From positions 1-46,672 of the IMG/VR virus record IMGVR_UViG_3300032235_000244: 46,672 bases of DNA, one strand, 5' to 3'. Under the pieces are notes generated by a model that saw only the letters and a program-made list of their open reading frames with translations, did not search any database and was not told the DNA's origin. Below, piece by piece: positions 1-10,592 of this stretch (position 1 is its first letter; each line of letters opens with the position of its first letter). Origin of the DNA: a virus (lineage: Duplodnaviria; Caudoviricetes). The translations under genes were made by a program, and so were the position numbers.

Positions 1-450
1 TAATGCCAATGTAGGCTCTATATACAACAACCTTAATACATTAGATGCTAATGTAGGTGCATATCAATTGTATGCTAATGCCAATGTAGGCTCTATATAC
101 AACAACCTTAATACATTAGATGCCAATGTAGGTGCATATCAATTGTATGCTAATGCCAACATTGGCACACTATTCCTTGGCAATACAAGTACACAAGCCA
201 ACTTGGGTGCATTCCAGGCCTATGCCAACGCTACATTTGCAACTGGTGGGTCAACATCCGACTTATCAGCCAATCTTGGTGCATATCAATTGTATGCTAA
301 TGCCAACATTGGATCAATATACAACAACCTTAATACATTAGATGCTAATGTAGGTGCATATCAATTGTATGCTAATGCCAACATTAGCACATTGTATCTT
401 GGCAACATTAGTACTAATGCCAACTTAGGTGCGTATCAAACCTGGGCTAA
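1..450 (+). repeat. Coding direct repeats, 75-nt period (25 aa YANANVGSIYNNLNTLDANVGAYQL)
   Basis: taatgccaatgtaggctctatatacaacaaccttaatacattagatgc occurs at 1 and 76. Degenerate copies lie near 300-380 and 1250-1590. Confidence 0.9.
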
Positions 451-3400
451 CTTAGAAATAAGCGGAGCGTACACTGAAATTGATTCTCTTTATACCTATG
501 TAGATTCAAATGCCGCTATACAAGCTAGTAACCTTGGTAATATTGTAGCCAACCTTAATTCTATTACTGCCAATATTGGAGCATTTGAACTATATGCTAA
601 CAGTAAGATTGGCAACAACTCAAACAGTAATTTAGTAGTTAGATCAACTACAGAGTCAGTAAGTGCTATAACTGGTGCATTAGTAGTGGCAGGTGGTGCC
701 GGCATTGGCGGTAACTTGTATGTTGCTGGTAATATATATGCGTCAAATTTAACAGCAATCAGTGTTAGTACGTTATCAGTTCAAGATCCTCTATTATACT
801 TGACTGCAGATACTCCATTCCCGTACAACTATGATATAGGTTTTTTCAGTCATTACGACAGAGAAGCTGGTAACGAGAAACATACCGGTCTAGCACGTGA
901 TTACACTACTGATATTTGGGGATTTTTTAGTAATCTTAGTTTAAATCCAGGTGCCACTGTTGATTGGGCGGAAGCCAATATAATCTATGATACTGTTAAA
1001 CTTGGCGATCTAATAGTATCAAATACCACACAAAGCACAAGTACTACTACTGGTGCATTAAGAGTTGCTGGTGGTGCCGGCATTGCTGGTAACTTATATA
1101 TAACCAATACTGGCGATGTAAGTGCAAACATTGGTAGACTGCATAACGCAAATATAGCAATCAATGCCAACTTAGGTGCGTTCCAAACTTACGCTAATAA
1201 TACAATTAGCAATATTAGTGTTGATCTAAGTAACTACGAAGAAATTAATAATGCCAATGTAGGATCTATATACAATCAACTCAATACACTTGATGCCAAT
1301 GTAGGTACATATCAATTGTATGCAAATGCCAATGTAGGATCTATATACAATCAACTCAATACACTTGATGCCAATGTTGGCACACTGTTCTTGGGTAATG
1401 CAAGTACTAATGCCAATTTGGGTGCATATCAGCTGTATGCCAATGCCAACATTGGTTCTATATATAATAATCTTAATGCATTAGATGCCAACGTAGGTGC
1501 ATTCCAGTTATATGCCAACGCTAATATTGGTACACTGTTTTTGGGTAATGCAAGTACTAATGCCAATTTGGGCGCATTCCAGACTTACGCAAATGCTACA
1601 TTCACTACATATAGCAATGCTAATGTTACTGCATATCTACCAACACATACTGGTAACATTGGTGCCAACGGCATTACCAGCAGTGGGAACATAAATGTAT
1701 ATGCTGGCGTTAACAAAGGATCTTATGCAGCTGGTGTAGACTTTACCTCTGGTGATATTAAGATAACTGATGATACACTGGGTAGTGCTTATCTTATTTT
1801 CCTTAACGCACCATCTTTTTCGAATATCACCAGCCTGGTTCAAATTGGTGATACTGTAACAATTGATTACGGTAGTCCACAGACTACAACCATCGCTGGC
1901 AGTTTAGATGTTGTTCCTAACGATCCTTATATTGGTTCTTATCCTAACAGCCTTGGATTCCGGTTAACTGATAACTTTGGTATTACTGGGCAACCCGATA
2001 ACGATGTTGACAATTTAACAATCCCAACATTTAAAAATTGGCAATTTAGATCTAACGGTTGGTTGTCTGCGCCGGCTACTATTGCTGCTAGTAACATTGT
2101 GGTTGCGTCTGATACAACAACCAATAAGATATACGTTAATGAAGGTTTATTCTGGTCTGGTAATGGCTTTTCAATTATTAACACTGGCGGTGGTGGCTCT
2201 GGTACGCCTGGTGGAACTAATACACAAATACAGTACAATGACGGTGGTGCATTTAACGGCGCAAATGTTACGTTTAACAAATCCAATGGAAATGTTATAA
2301 TAAGTTCAATCTCTAATAGCTCATCAAAGACATCTGGTGCTTTGGTAGTTAGAGGTGGTGTTGGTGTTGCTGGTAATGTTACTGCTGACAAGTTTTACAC
2401 TACCTCTGGTTTATTCTGGTCAGGCAACAACGAACGTGTAACAACAAGATATACAGCCTCAACATCCGCACCAACCGTGCCGTTAATTGGCGATCATTGG
2501 TACAATACCAGTACTGATGTATTGTATGAGTATGTGCTAGATGGCACGACTAGTTATTGGGTTGATATAATAACACCAGCAATTTCTACACTTAGCACTC
2601 CTGTTGTAACCTACATAGGCGAAACGTTTGCTGGAAATCTTATTATAGCCGGTAACATCACTGGGTCTTTGGGCTTCCTGCTAGAAAAAACAAATATTGC
2701 ACCTATATCGCCTCCAACAATTACAGACATTGATGTGTTAACATGTCCAATTACATTCTTTATATCAAATGCTACATCAAACATTACAGCAAATTTACGT
2801 GGTAATGCTACTACTCCGTTAAATGATGTAGTGGCCAACGGACAGAGCGCAACGTTCTCTATATTTTTTCCTCAAGAAACTCCGTATTATGTAGATCAAG
2901 TTTACATTGATAATATTCTAATAGAGAATGTAGCATGGCAAGGAACAACACCGGTTAATTCAGGAACTGCCAATAGCATTGATCTTTATACTTTTACAGC
3001 AATCAAAGGATCAGTCAACAACTGGAGAGTGTTTGCTAGTCAAACTAATTATACACACAGCGGAGAATGGACAAATTATAGAGAAATGATATTTGCAGTA
3101 GAATACTTACTGATTGCTGGCGGTGGTAGCGGAGCTACTTCGTATGGAGGCGGTGGTGGTGGTGGTGGCGTTACCAATGGTAATATCACTATTACACAAG
3201 GAAGAACATACACTATCACTGTTGGAGCAGGCGGCGCAGCAGTAACTACTACTAACACATTAGGAGTAAAAGGCGGTAACTCTCAAATCTCTGGAACAGG
3301 GCTAACAACAGTATCAGCAACTGGTGGCGGTTTTGGAGCAAGACAAAACTCTGTTGGTGGTGATGGCGGTTCAGGTGGAGGTGGCGGTGGACGTACTAGT

Positions 3401-3949
3401 GGTAGCGGTGCACTAGCTGGCGGAGCATCTTCTCCAGTAACTAGTCCAGTACAAGGTTATGCTGGTGGAGCAGGATTTGCTCCAGTTAGCGGCGCACGTG
3501 GCGCTGGAGGTGGCGGAGGTGCAGGGGCAGTTGGTACTGCCGGTACTGGTATTGCCGGCGGCGATGGTGGAGCAGGTACAAATACATATTCAGTTTGGAC
3601 AACAGCAACTTCAACTGGTGCTGGCGGTAGACTTGCAGGTGGTGGCGGTGGCGGCACAGTTAATGCTTTGTATCCAGGAGGAGCAGGCGGTATAGGTGGA
3701 GGCGGAACCGGAGCTGCTGGACCTAATGCAACTGCTACTGCTGGTTCTCCTAACACCGGCGGAGGCGGAGGTGGTACAGGGGATACCAGTTCGTCGGGCT
3801 CATCAGGCGCAGGTGGATCAGGATTAGTTGTTCTACGATATTCTGATGCGTTACCACCACCGTTCGCAACAGCAGGAAGTCCTACTCTTATAACCAATGG
3901 TGGGTATCGATATTACGTGTGGACCGGCGACGGTACAATTACATTTTAA
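2..3949 (+). CDS. Long fibre protein, 5'-truncated by the window edge: 11/14-aa stalk repeats, GALVVxGGxG repeats, WYxT module, 'QHTG-type' end domain fused to a glycine-rich tip domain
   Basis: The frame of ORF 68..3949 is open back to base 2 (NANVGSIYNNLNTLD...), so the true start is upstream. Modules are shared with other fibres here. C-terminal VEYLLIAGGG...GGSGLVVLRY...TGDGTITF is a Gly-rich domain typical of phage adhesins. Confidence 0.85.
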   Translation, partial: NANVGSIYNNLNTLDANVGAYQLYANANVGSIYNNLNTLDANVGAYQLYANANIGTLFLGNTSTQANLGAFQAYANATFATGGSTSDLSANLGAYQLYANANIGSIYNNLNTLDANVGAYQLYANANISTLYLGNISTNANLGAYQTWANLEISGAYTEIDSLYTYVDSNAAIQASNLGNIVANLNSITANIGAFELYANSKIGNNSNSNLVVRSTTESVSAITGALVVAGGAGIGGNLYVAGNIYASNLTAISVSTLSVQDPLLYLTADTPFPYNYDIGFFSHYDREAGNEKHTGLARDYTTDIWGFFSNLSLNPGATVDWAEANIIYDTVKLGDLIVSNTTQSTSTTTGALRVAGGAGIAGNLYITNTGDVSANIGRLHNANIAINANLGAFQTYANNTISNISVDLSNYEEINNANVGSIYNQLNTLDANVGTYQLYANANVGSIYNQLNTLDANVGTLFLGNASTNANLGAYQLYANANIGSIYNNLNALDANVGAFQLYANANIGTLFLGNASTNANLGAFQTYANATFTTYSNANVTAYLPTHTGNIGANGITSSGNINVYAGVNKGSYAAGVDFTSGDIKITDDTLGSAYLIFLNAPSFSNITSLVQIGDTVTIDYGSPQTTTIAGSLDVVPNDPYIGSYPNSLGFRLTDNFGITGQPDNDVDNLTIPTFKNWQFRSNGWLSAPATIAASNIVVASDTTTNKIYVNEGLFWSGNGFSIINTGGGGSGTPGGTNTQIQYNDGGAFNGANVTFNKSNGNVIISSISNSSSKTSGALVVRGGVGVAGNVTADKFYTTSGLFWSGNNERVTTRYTASTSAPTVPLIGDHWYNTSTDVLYEYVLDGTTSYWVDIITPAISTLSTPVVTYIGETFAGNLIIAGNITGSLGFLLEKTNIAPISPPTITDIDVLTCPITFFISNATSNITANLRGNATTPLNDVVANGQSATFSIFFPQETPYYVDQVYIDNILIENVAWQGTTPVNSGTANSIDLYTFTAIKGSVNNWRVFASQTNYTHSGEWTNYREMIFAVEYLLIAGGGSGATSYGGGGGGGGVTNGNITITQGRTYTITVGAGGAAVTTTNTLGVKGGNSQISGTGLTTVSATGGGFGARQNSVGGDGGSGGGGGGRTSGSGALAGGASSPVTSPVQGYAGGAGFAPVSGARGAGGGGGAGAVGTAGTGIAGGDGGAGTNTYSVWTTATSTGAGGRLAGGGGGGTVNALYPGGAGGIGGGGTGAAGPNATATAGSPNTGGGGGGTGDTSSSGSSGAGGSGLVVLRYSDALPPPFATAGSPTLITNGGYRYYVWTGDGTITF

Positions 3950-3957
3950 GGTGAAAG

Positions 3958-4326
3958 ATGGCACACTTTGCAAAATTAGATGAAGATGATAACGTAACAG
4001 CAGTTCATGTTGTACACAACAACGAACTATTAGATAAGAATGGCGTTGAACGTGAAGAACTAGGAATAGCATTTTTGATAGGACTTTATCAGCATCCATT
4101 TTGGAAGCAAACAAGTTATAACGGAAATTTTAGAAAAAATTATGCAGGCATTGGTTTTACCTACGATAGAACTCTTGATGCGTTTATTCCTCCAACGCCT
4201 TATCCAAGTTGGGTGCTTAACGAATCTACTTGTAGATGGGATCCTCCAACGCCTTATCCCACCGATGGAGAGCCTTATAGTTGGAATGAAGATAGTCAGT
4301 CCTGGATTTTAGTTCCAGATACATAA
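3958..4326 (+). CDS. Small fibre-associated protein (MAHFAKLD...WKQTSYN...RKNYAGIG), possible assembly chaperone or accessory
   Basis: Follows a Gly-rich domain. Its C-terminus SWVLNESTCRWDPPTPYPTDG..YSWNE...W is shared with 14543..14950. Function is inferred from position. Confidence 0.7.
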   Translation: MAHFAKLDEDDNVTAVHVVHNNELLDKNGVEREELGIAFLIGLYQHPFWKQTSYNGNFRKNYAGIGFTYDRTLDAFIPPTPYPSWVLNESTCRWDPPTPYPTDGEPYSWNEDSQSWILVPDT

Positions 4327-4336
4327 GAGATAATTT

Positions 4337-5527
4337 ATGCCATTGATAAACACACTTGGCGGACTATCTGGGCGTAATTATGGAGCCAGGTTAACAAGAG
4401 AACTTTTTATAACCTTAGTCATACCAACTCAAACAATAGCAACTGGTTACAGTTATGCGTTTACTCCAGCAGTGGCATCAGGCGGTAACGGCAGTATAGT
4501 TTACTCAGTTAGTACATTACCTAGTGGATTATCAATAAATTCCAGTACAGGGGAAATTTCAGGAATAACAACTGCTGGTGCATCTTCAGGTTCATACACA
4601 ATTACTGCAACAGATAAAAAAGGTATTTCTGCATCAGTAGCATTTAATTTAACAGTTACCCTTGGAATACCGCAATATATTGAATTGATGCTTGTTGGTA
4701 GTGGTGGTGGAGCAGCATTCGGCGACAACGACGACTGCGGTGGCGGTGGTGGTGGTGCTGGCGGAGTATATTATTCTACTACAGCTCCTATCACAGTGGG
4801 AACATCCTACACTATAACAATTGGTGGTGGTGGTGGATCTAATATTAATGCTGGTAGCAACGGTAGTGACGCGACATTTGGTACAGGCCCTTCACAATTA
4901 AAAGCCCTCGGTGGTGGATACGGAGCGATTGCAGAGAATGGTGGTAACGGTGGATCAGGTGGCGGAACAGCTCGTGGCACTCCAACTGCCGGGATAGCCC
5001 AACAGCCATCATCACCTTGGGGAGGTTATGGATTCAATGGCGGTCGCGGATCCGTGCCTATTGAGAGTGGTGGCGGTGGTGGTGGTGGATCAGGCGGTGC
5101 AGGTAGTCCTAACAACGGAAATAATGGCGGTGGCGGTGGCGCCGGTCTTCTTACTTTAAGCAGTTTATTGACGGCTGCTTCTGCTGGAATATCAGGACGT
5201 ATTGCTGCTGGTGGTGGCGGTGGTGGTGGTACAGGTGGAGGTGGCGGTGGCGGAGCCGGCGGTGGCGGCCCGGGAGGCGCAACAAATTCTGCAGGCACTT
5301 CCGGTACACAATATACTGGTAGTGGAGGCGGTGGTGGTGGTCGAGGCGGTGACGTGATTGGGTTTCCTGGTGGAAACGGAGGCTCTGGACTGGCAATTAT
5401 TAGAATCCCAACAGCATATCCAGAAGCTACTACAACAGGGTCACCAACTGTTATTGTATCAGGATCCGACAGAATTTACAAGTTTTTAGGTAGCGGAAGT
5501 ATAACATTTAGCGGCAATCCTGCGTAG
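4337..5527 (+). CDS. Glycine-rich tip/adhesin with N-terminal 'MP...G..S.R.YG' peptide and a putative Ig (He_PIG-like) domain
   Basis: MPLINTLGGLSGRNYG start; YSVSTLPSGLSINSSTGEISG Ig-like motif; polyglycine runs; C-terminal GGSGLAIIR...TGSPT...GSGSITF as in the first gene. Confidence 0.8.
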   Translation: MPLINTLGGLSGRNYGARLTRELFITLVIPTQTIATGYSYAFTPAVASGGNGSIVYSVSTLPSGLSINSSTGEISGITTAGASSGSYTITATDKKGISASVAFNLTVTLGIPQYIELMLVGSGGGAAFGDNDDCGGGGGGAGGVYYSTTAPITVGTSYTITIGGGGGSNINAGSNGSDATFGTGPSQLKALGGGYGAIAENGGNGGSGGGTARGTPTAGIAQQPSSPWGGYGFNGGRGSVPIESGGGGGGGSGGAGSPNNGNNGGGGGAGLLTLSSLLTAASAGISGRIAAGGGGGGGTGGGGGGGAGGGGPGGATNSAGTSGTQYTGSGGGGGGRGGDVIGFPGGNGGSGLAIIRIPTAYPEATTTGSPTVIVSGSDRIYKFLGSGSITFSGNPA

Positions 5528-5539
5528 TAAATTTTTACA

Positions 5540-5545
5540 TAAATA
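5540..5545 (+). promoter_or_regulatory. T4-type late promoter-like TAAATA
   Basis: Intergenic, 21 nt before ATG 5567. The same hexamer precedes most cassettes. T4 gp55 consensus is TATAAATA. Confidence 0.65.
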
Positions 5546-5566
5546 TGAATATTAAAGGTAATTTAG

Positions 5567-7915
5567 ATGTCGTTTCCAACTAGTCCAACAAACGGTCAGA
5601 CTACCGTAGTCAACGGTGTTACCTACATCTTTGAATCAGTCAATAGAACCTGGACTCGCCTAACTTCAGCAGATCTTACTATTGCAGGAAATTTAACTGC
5701 TGCCAATGTAATAGCCACTGCAAATACTACAACTAATAAATTATATGTTACCACAGGATTATTTTGGTCCGGCAACGGCTCATCTATTAACGGTAGTCCA
5801 GGTGGCGCAGTTAACACTATTCAGTATAATAATGCTGGCACGTTTGATGGTACATCACTATTCTACGATAGCACCACTGGCAATATAGTATTAGAAGATA
5901 CAACAGGTAGTAATAGTAGTGTTACTGGAGCCTTGGTAGTTAAAGGAGGCATAGGGGTTGGGGGTAATATTTACACCAATACTACCGCTAATATCATAAC
6001 AGGTAATGTATATACCACAGGAATATTTTGGTCTAACGGAACTCCTTATATCAGTGGTGGAGGAGTAGGAACCCCAGGCGGATTAGATACGCAATTACAA
6101 TTCAACAATGGCGGTTCATTTAATGGCGCAAATATAACATTTTCACAATCTAATGGAAATGTTGTAATAAGTTCTGTAACTCCATCGGCTAATACCACAA
6201 CTGGCGCATTTGTAGTACGTGGTGGTATGGGCGTTGCTGGTAATGCTTATATTGGTGGCAATGTTATACTTGGCGCAGGTGCTACAAGTAACGTAGTAAT
6301 AGCGGCAACTACTGCTAGTGGTAACATAACAAGTGGTGCTCTTGTAGTGGCAGGCGGTGTAGGTATTGCAGGTAATTTATATGCTAACGGTAACGTGTTC
6401 TTGGGGGCAGGTGCTAATAGCAACTTAGTAGCCAATGCAACAACAGTTAGTACATCAATAACCACTGGAGCATTTGTAGTACGTGGTGGTATGGGTGTTG
6501 CAGGTAATATATTTGCTGACGGTAATATCGTATTAGGAAGTGGAGCAACCAGTAACTTAGTAGCTAATGCAACTACTACCAGTGGTAATATAACAAGTGG
6601 TGCTTTAGTAGTACGTGGTGGTATGGGTGTTGCTGGTAATGCTCATATTGGCGGCAATGTTATACTTGGAACTGGTACAACAAGTAACGTAGTCATTAAC
6701 GCAACTACATCAGCATTGACTACTACAACTGGTGCTCTAGTGGTGCGAGGTGGTGTTGGTGTTGCTGGTGTTATATATTCTGGTGGTAACATTTTTGCTG
6801 CTGCTGGTACAGCAAGTACAAATACTACCAGTGGTGCCTTAGTAGTTAGTGGTGGTATTGGAGCAACAGGTGCAGCATATATTGGCGCTGGTATACAAAA
6901 TACCGCAGTTGGTAATGTTACTGCAAGTACTGGTGCATTTACTACATTAAGTGCAACTGGTCAGGTAACATTCTCAGTAGCAAATCCATCAACCACACCT
7001 GGTAGTGGTGCTTTAGTTATTAGTAACGGTGGACTGGGTGTTGCTGGTAATGCATATATTGGCGGTGTACTTGATGCTACGGGTAATATAGTAGCAGATT
7101 CGGGTGTTGCAAGCACTTCTAGTACCACTGGTGCACTTATCGTCAACGGTGGCGCAGGTGTCAGTGGTAACTTATTTGTAGTTGGTAATGTAGTTTTAGG
7201 TTCTGGCACCTCTAGTAATCTAGTGGCCAATGCTACTACAACCAGTAGATCAACTACTACAGGTGCCTTGGTAGTTCGAGGTGGTATGGGTGTTGCTGGT
7301 AACGTTTACTCAGGTAACGTTTATACAACATCGGGTGTGTATTGGGCAGGTAATAATGAAGTATACGGCAGTCAATTTGATTTCACTTCAAGCAGCTCTG
7401 CACCTAGTTCACCAACAGTAGGCGACTTCTGGTACGATACCGTTGGAGACATAATATTCCAGTATGCCAACGATGGCACAAGTAGCTATTGGATAGATGT
7501 ACAAACCCCAACTAATTATGCCAATGTTGGTTACGATAACACCACAAGTAACTTAGCGGTAGGTGGAAATTTAACTGTACTTGGTAATACAGTGATGCAG
7601 TCTAACGTAGTTTTGAATAACAGCATTGTTGAAAAAGTTTACACTATTACTGATACTGCAGGATTGTCTATTACCCCGTTAAATGGCACAATGCAACTTT
7701 GGACATTAGGCACATCACGCAGTCCAACACTAGCGCCTTTTTTTGAAGGCCATAGTATGACACTAATAATAACTGCTGGTTCCTATACTATTACTTGGTC
7801 CGGAGTTACTTGGATAACTGGATCAGCTCCAACGCTGTCAACTACTACTACAACTATAATAGAATTCTGGAAAGCTGGCGGAACTTTATACGGTGGACTT
7901 GTGGGGATCACGTAA
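5567..7915 (+). CDS. Fibre protein with shared N-terminal motif, many (T/S)GALVVxGGxG(V/I)AGN repeats and a third type of C-terminal domain
   Basis: MSFPTSPTNGQ...YIF...WTR start; about a dozen GALVV-type units; GDFWYDT...YWIDV module; ends EFWKAGGTLYGGLVGIT. Confidence 0.85.
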   Translation: MSFPTSPTNGQTTVVNGVTYIFESVNRTWTRLTSADLTIAGNLTAANVIATANTTTNKLYVTTGLFWSGNGSSINGSPGGAVNTIQYNNAGTFDGTSLFYDSTTGNIVLEDTTGSNSSVTGALVVKGGIGVGGNIYTNTTANIITGNVYTTGIFWSNGTPYISGGGVGTPGGLDTQLQFNNGGSFNGANITFSQSNGNVVISSVTPSANTTTGAFVVRGGMGVAGNAYIGGNVILGAGATSNVVIAATTASGNITSGALVVAGGVGIAGNLYANGNVFLGAGANSNLVANATTVSTSITTGAFVVRGGMGVAGNIFADGNIVLGSGATSNLVANATTTSGNITSGALVVRGGMGVAGNAHIGGNVILGTGTTSNVVINATTSALTTTTGALVVRGGVGVAGVIYSGGNIFAAAGTASTNTTSGALVVSGGIGATGAAYIGAGIQNTAVGNVTASTGAFTTLSATGQVTFSVANPSTTPGSGALVISNGGLGVAGNAYIGGVLDATGNIVADSGVASTSSTTGALIVNGGAGVSGNLFVVGNVVLGSGTSSNLVANATTTSRSTTTGALVVRGGMGVAGNVYSGNVYTTSGVYWAGNNEVYGSQFDFTSSSSAPSSPTVGDFWYDTVGDIIFQYANDGTSSYWIDVQTPTNYANVGYDNTTSNLAVGGNLTVLGNTVMQSNVVLNNSIVEKVYTITDTAGLSITPLNGTMQLWTLGTSRSPTLAPFFEGHSMTLIITAGSYTITWSGVTWITGSAPTLSTTTTTIIEFWKAGGTLYGGLVGIT

Positions 7916-10137
7916 TGCTAGTTCCACGTAGGTCTCGACGAGTTAATCTGCCACCAGCAGATTCTGGGTCAACAGTTAATATTATGGGCGACGCTGCTTC
8001 TAGTAATTTCAGTGTACCTAATTTCGCTTACACTATAGCACAATACCATGCTGAGTCTGTTGGTAGTGGAACAGTAACTGATTATAGTGATACTGGTTAT
8101 AGCATAACTACCACTGCCGGAACTCTTCAAACATTTACTCCATTTTATTCTGGCAGTTGGTCTGTTCGATTACATCCTATACAACCTCCTTCCTTATATC
8201 GTGGTTCGTTTTTAATGGTTGAAGCAAACTCTGGGTTCGCATTTGGTACAGGTGATTTTACTATAGAAGCTTATGTATATTTTGTTATAGTAAAAATCAA
8301 TGGAGACAAAGATCCTATTATAGGAGATTGGAGAGCAAGGGGTGCTAGTCCGGCTTTTAATTTTCTTTTATATGCAGACTACGATGGCAATCGTGCAACT
8401 AGAGGCGCACTTAATTTTGAAACCAGCGTGGGAACTTATACAGTAGGATATGAATTTATTCCAGGAAGATGGTATCATATAGCAGTAAGTCGAGAATCAT
8501 CGGTACTGAAATTTTTTGTTAATGGTGTTAAAGTAACTGTAGGAACTAATGGAGTTACTCTAGTATCCGATTATACAGTAACAGAAAGCATTGCCAATAC
8601 AAATCCTCCAATTATTGGTGCACACGCTGGTAGCAATATTGAGCCAGATGGTTATCCTATAGATATCTTAGATGGGTATATTTCAAATTTAAGAGTAGTT
8701 AAAGGCACAGCATTATATACCACTAATTTTATTGTTTCGTCTAGAGAACTATCTGCTGTGACTAATACTGTTTTTCTTGGACTACAATCTGCACAATTGG
8801 TTGATAACAGTGGCAATAATTTAAAAATTACTAATCCTAGCGATAACGGCGCACCTACACTATCAGGGGCTTATAGTTGGACAAACACAGCGTATCCAAA
8901 TGCGTGGTCTCCGGCACTGGTAACATTTTCACCTTTTGGTACCACAAGAGCTCGTAGCCCTAGATTAGACGGTGGTAGTATAGATGCTGCCCCAAATATT
9001 ACTCTTGGCAGTAGCACTGATTGGCAGTTTAGAAACAATCAATTTTCCGTAGAAGGTTGGATTTATTTAACAGCAATGCCATTAACAATTACAAGTGGAG
9101 TAATATTCAGCTACTTTACCTTCCCATTAGGCTGCCGTTTAACTTTTGGAAATAATCAAGTTCAGTTTGCTTATAACAGTTTGACTATAAGTACCGCTGC
9201 TAATACCATTGGAATTTATCAATGGTGTCATATTTCTGTTGTAAACAATGGAACTAGTTTTGTTATTTACATAAATGGAATATTACAAGCAAGTGCCACG
9301 AGTGTATATATTAATGATCGTAGTGGTAGCCTAACAGTTCTTAATAATTTTAGCGGGTACGCATCTGGTTTTCGCATAGTTAACGGATCCACTCCTTATA
9401 ATGGTAATTTTACTGTACCGATTGCACCCCCACAGAAAATATCTAATACAAAATTACTGTTAACGTTTGAAGAAGTAACAGCAGTTGATAATGCCACCAA
9501 TACTTATATAGATGGCCCAGTTTTAAGCACAGCGCAAAAGTCGTACGGGTCAAGCAGTTTTTATTTTAATGGTTCTACCTATGGTGAACTTAAAAGTAAT
9601 CTTCTCAAGTATATTGTTCCTACACAGGATTATTATTCAACAAATTATGGTGCGTATTATAAAACAGAACCGTGGGCATTATCTTTCAGATTCTATCCGT
9701 TAAATTTTACTACAATACGAGGACTGGTTGCTATTGGTGCAACCCCAGCAACAAATTATGGTATTGGAGTATATATCAATACCAGCCAAGGAATCACTGT
9801 TACTAGCGGCAGAAGAGTGGGCAATGTTTCTGTTAACTCTGGCAGCGTCAATAATATACTGGGAGCTAATATCTGGCAAACCTTGACAATATCCCAAAGC
9901 GGCACTGGTGTAGTGTCTGTGGCTGTTAACGGCTCCATTCGACTACAAACACCAGTATATACATACTTGCCACAGCCCGAAGACACACGCATTTTTATAG
10001 GGCGAGGGTACGTTGTTATCAGCCCCAATTTGCTTGATATGAATGCTTTTTTTGGTTATATTGATGAAGTTAAACTAGTAAAAGGAACCGCCTCTGTGCC
10101 AGGTACTATTGGCAGCGTTGGTTGGCCTGATAAATAA
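7915..10137 (+). CDS. LamG/concanavalin-A-like multi-domain tip protein (about 3 domains)
   Basis: Start reassigned to ATG 7915, a TAATG overlap with the upstream stop, in frame with track ORF 7795. GTGDFTIEAY..WYHIAVSR..GYISNLRV, FSVEGW..WCHISV and GYIDEV motifs. Confidence 0.8.
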   Translation: MLVPRRSRRVNLPPADSGSTVNIMGDAASSNFSVPNFAYTIAQYHAESVGSGTVTDYSDTGYSITTTAGTLQTFTPFYSGSWSVRLHPIQPPSLYRGSFLMVEANSGFAFGTGDFTIEAYVYFVIVKINGDKDPIIGDWRARGASPAFNFLLYADYDGNRATRGALNFETSVGTYTVGYEFIPGRWYHIAVSRESSVLKFFVNGVKVTVGTNGVTLVSDYTVTESIANTNPPIIGAHAGSNIEPDGYPIDILDGYISNLRVVKGTALYTTNFIVSSRELSAVTNTVFLGLQSAQLVDNSGNNLKITNPSDNGAPTLSGAYSWTNTAYPNAWSPALVTFSPFGTTRARSPRLDGGSIDAAPNITLGSSTDWQFRNNQFSVEGWIYLTAMPLTITSGVIFSYFTFPLGCRLTFGNNQVQFAYNSLTISTAANTIGIYQWCHISVVNNGTSFVIYINGILQASATSVYINDRSGSLTVLNNFSGYASGFRIVNGSTPYNGNFTVPIAPPQKISNTKLLLTFEEVTAVDNATNTYIDGPVLSTAQKSYGSSSFYFNGSTYGELKSNLLKYIVPTQDYYSTNYGAYYKTEPWALSFRFYPLNFTTIRGLVAIGATPATNYGIGVYINTSQGITVTSGRRVGNVSVNSGSVNNILGANIWQTLTISQSGTGVVSVAVNGSIRLQTPVYTYLPQPEDTRIFIGRGYVVISPNLLDMNAFFGYIDEVKLVKGTASVPGTIGSVGWPDK

Positions 10138-10145
10138 GAATACTT

Positions 10146-10592
10146 ATGTTGATAGCAAAAATTGAAAACGATCAAATCCTTGTAAAAGACCATAGAATTC
10201 TGTTCCCGGACACTAGTTTTGCAGAACTTGGTCCACAACAAGATTTTTTACAAGAAAACAACTGTATGTCAGTGCGTGTTTGGAAAGAGCACGATGTTGG
10301 CAATGAAAAATTAGTACCTGCTGAACCCTACATTGAAAATGGGGAAGTGTATATAGTAACAGTAGAGCCACTAAGTGAACAGGAATTGGCTGGGAAAAAT
10401 AACTTTCTTGCGTCGCGACTACGCGAGCAAAGAAATGTGTTACTTAAACAATCAGATTGGACACAGGGCAGAGACATAGAAGATTCTATAGCCGAAGCGT
10501 GGGCAGTATATAGAGCAGCATTGCGAGCTTTACCTGAGCAACCAGGATTCCCAACAGAAGTGACGTGGCCTACAGCACCAGGGAGTGAATAA
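10146..10592 (+). CDS. Phage tail fibre assembly chaperone-like protein
   Basis: C-terminal LREQRNVLLKQSDWTQ...WAVYRAALRALPEQPGFP..VTWP.AP matches the phage tail assembly chaperone pattern. TAAATA at 10131-10136. Confidence 0.8.
   Translation: MLIAKIENDQILVKDHRILFPDTSFAELGPQQDFLQENNCMSVRVWKEHDVGNEKLVPAEPYIENGEVYIVTVEPLSEQELAGKNNFLASRLREQRNVLLKQSDWTQGRDIEDSIAEAWAVYRAALRALPEQPGFPTEVTWPTAPGSE

Noticed and set aside
7795-7914. Track start of the LamG gene at 7795
   Set aside because: It overlaps the upstream gene by 121 nt. ATG 7915 in a TAATG junction fits the local pattern. Starts 29429 and 35485 were moved to 29462 and 35497 for similar reasons.
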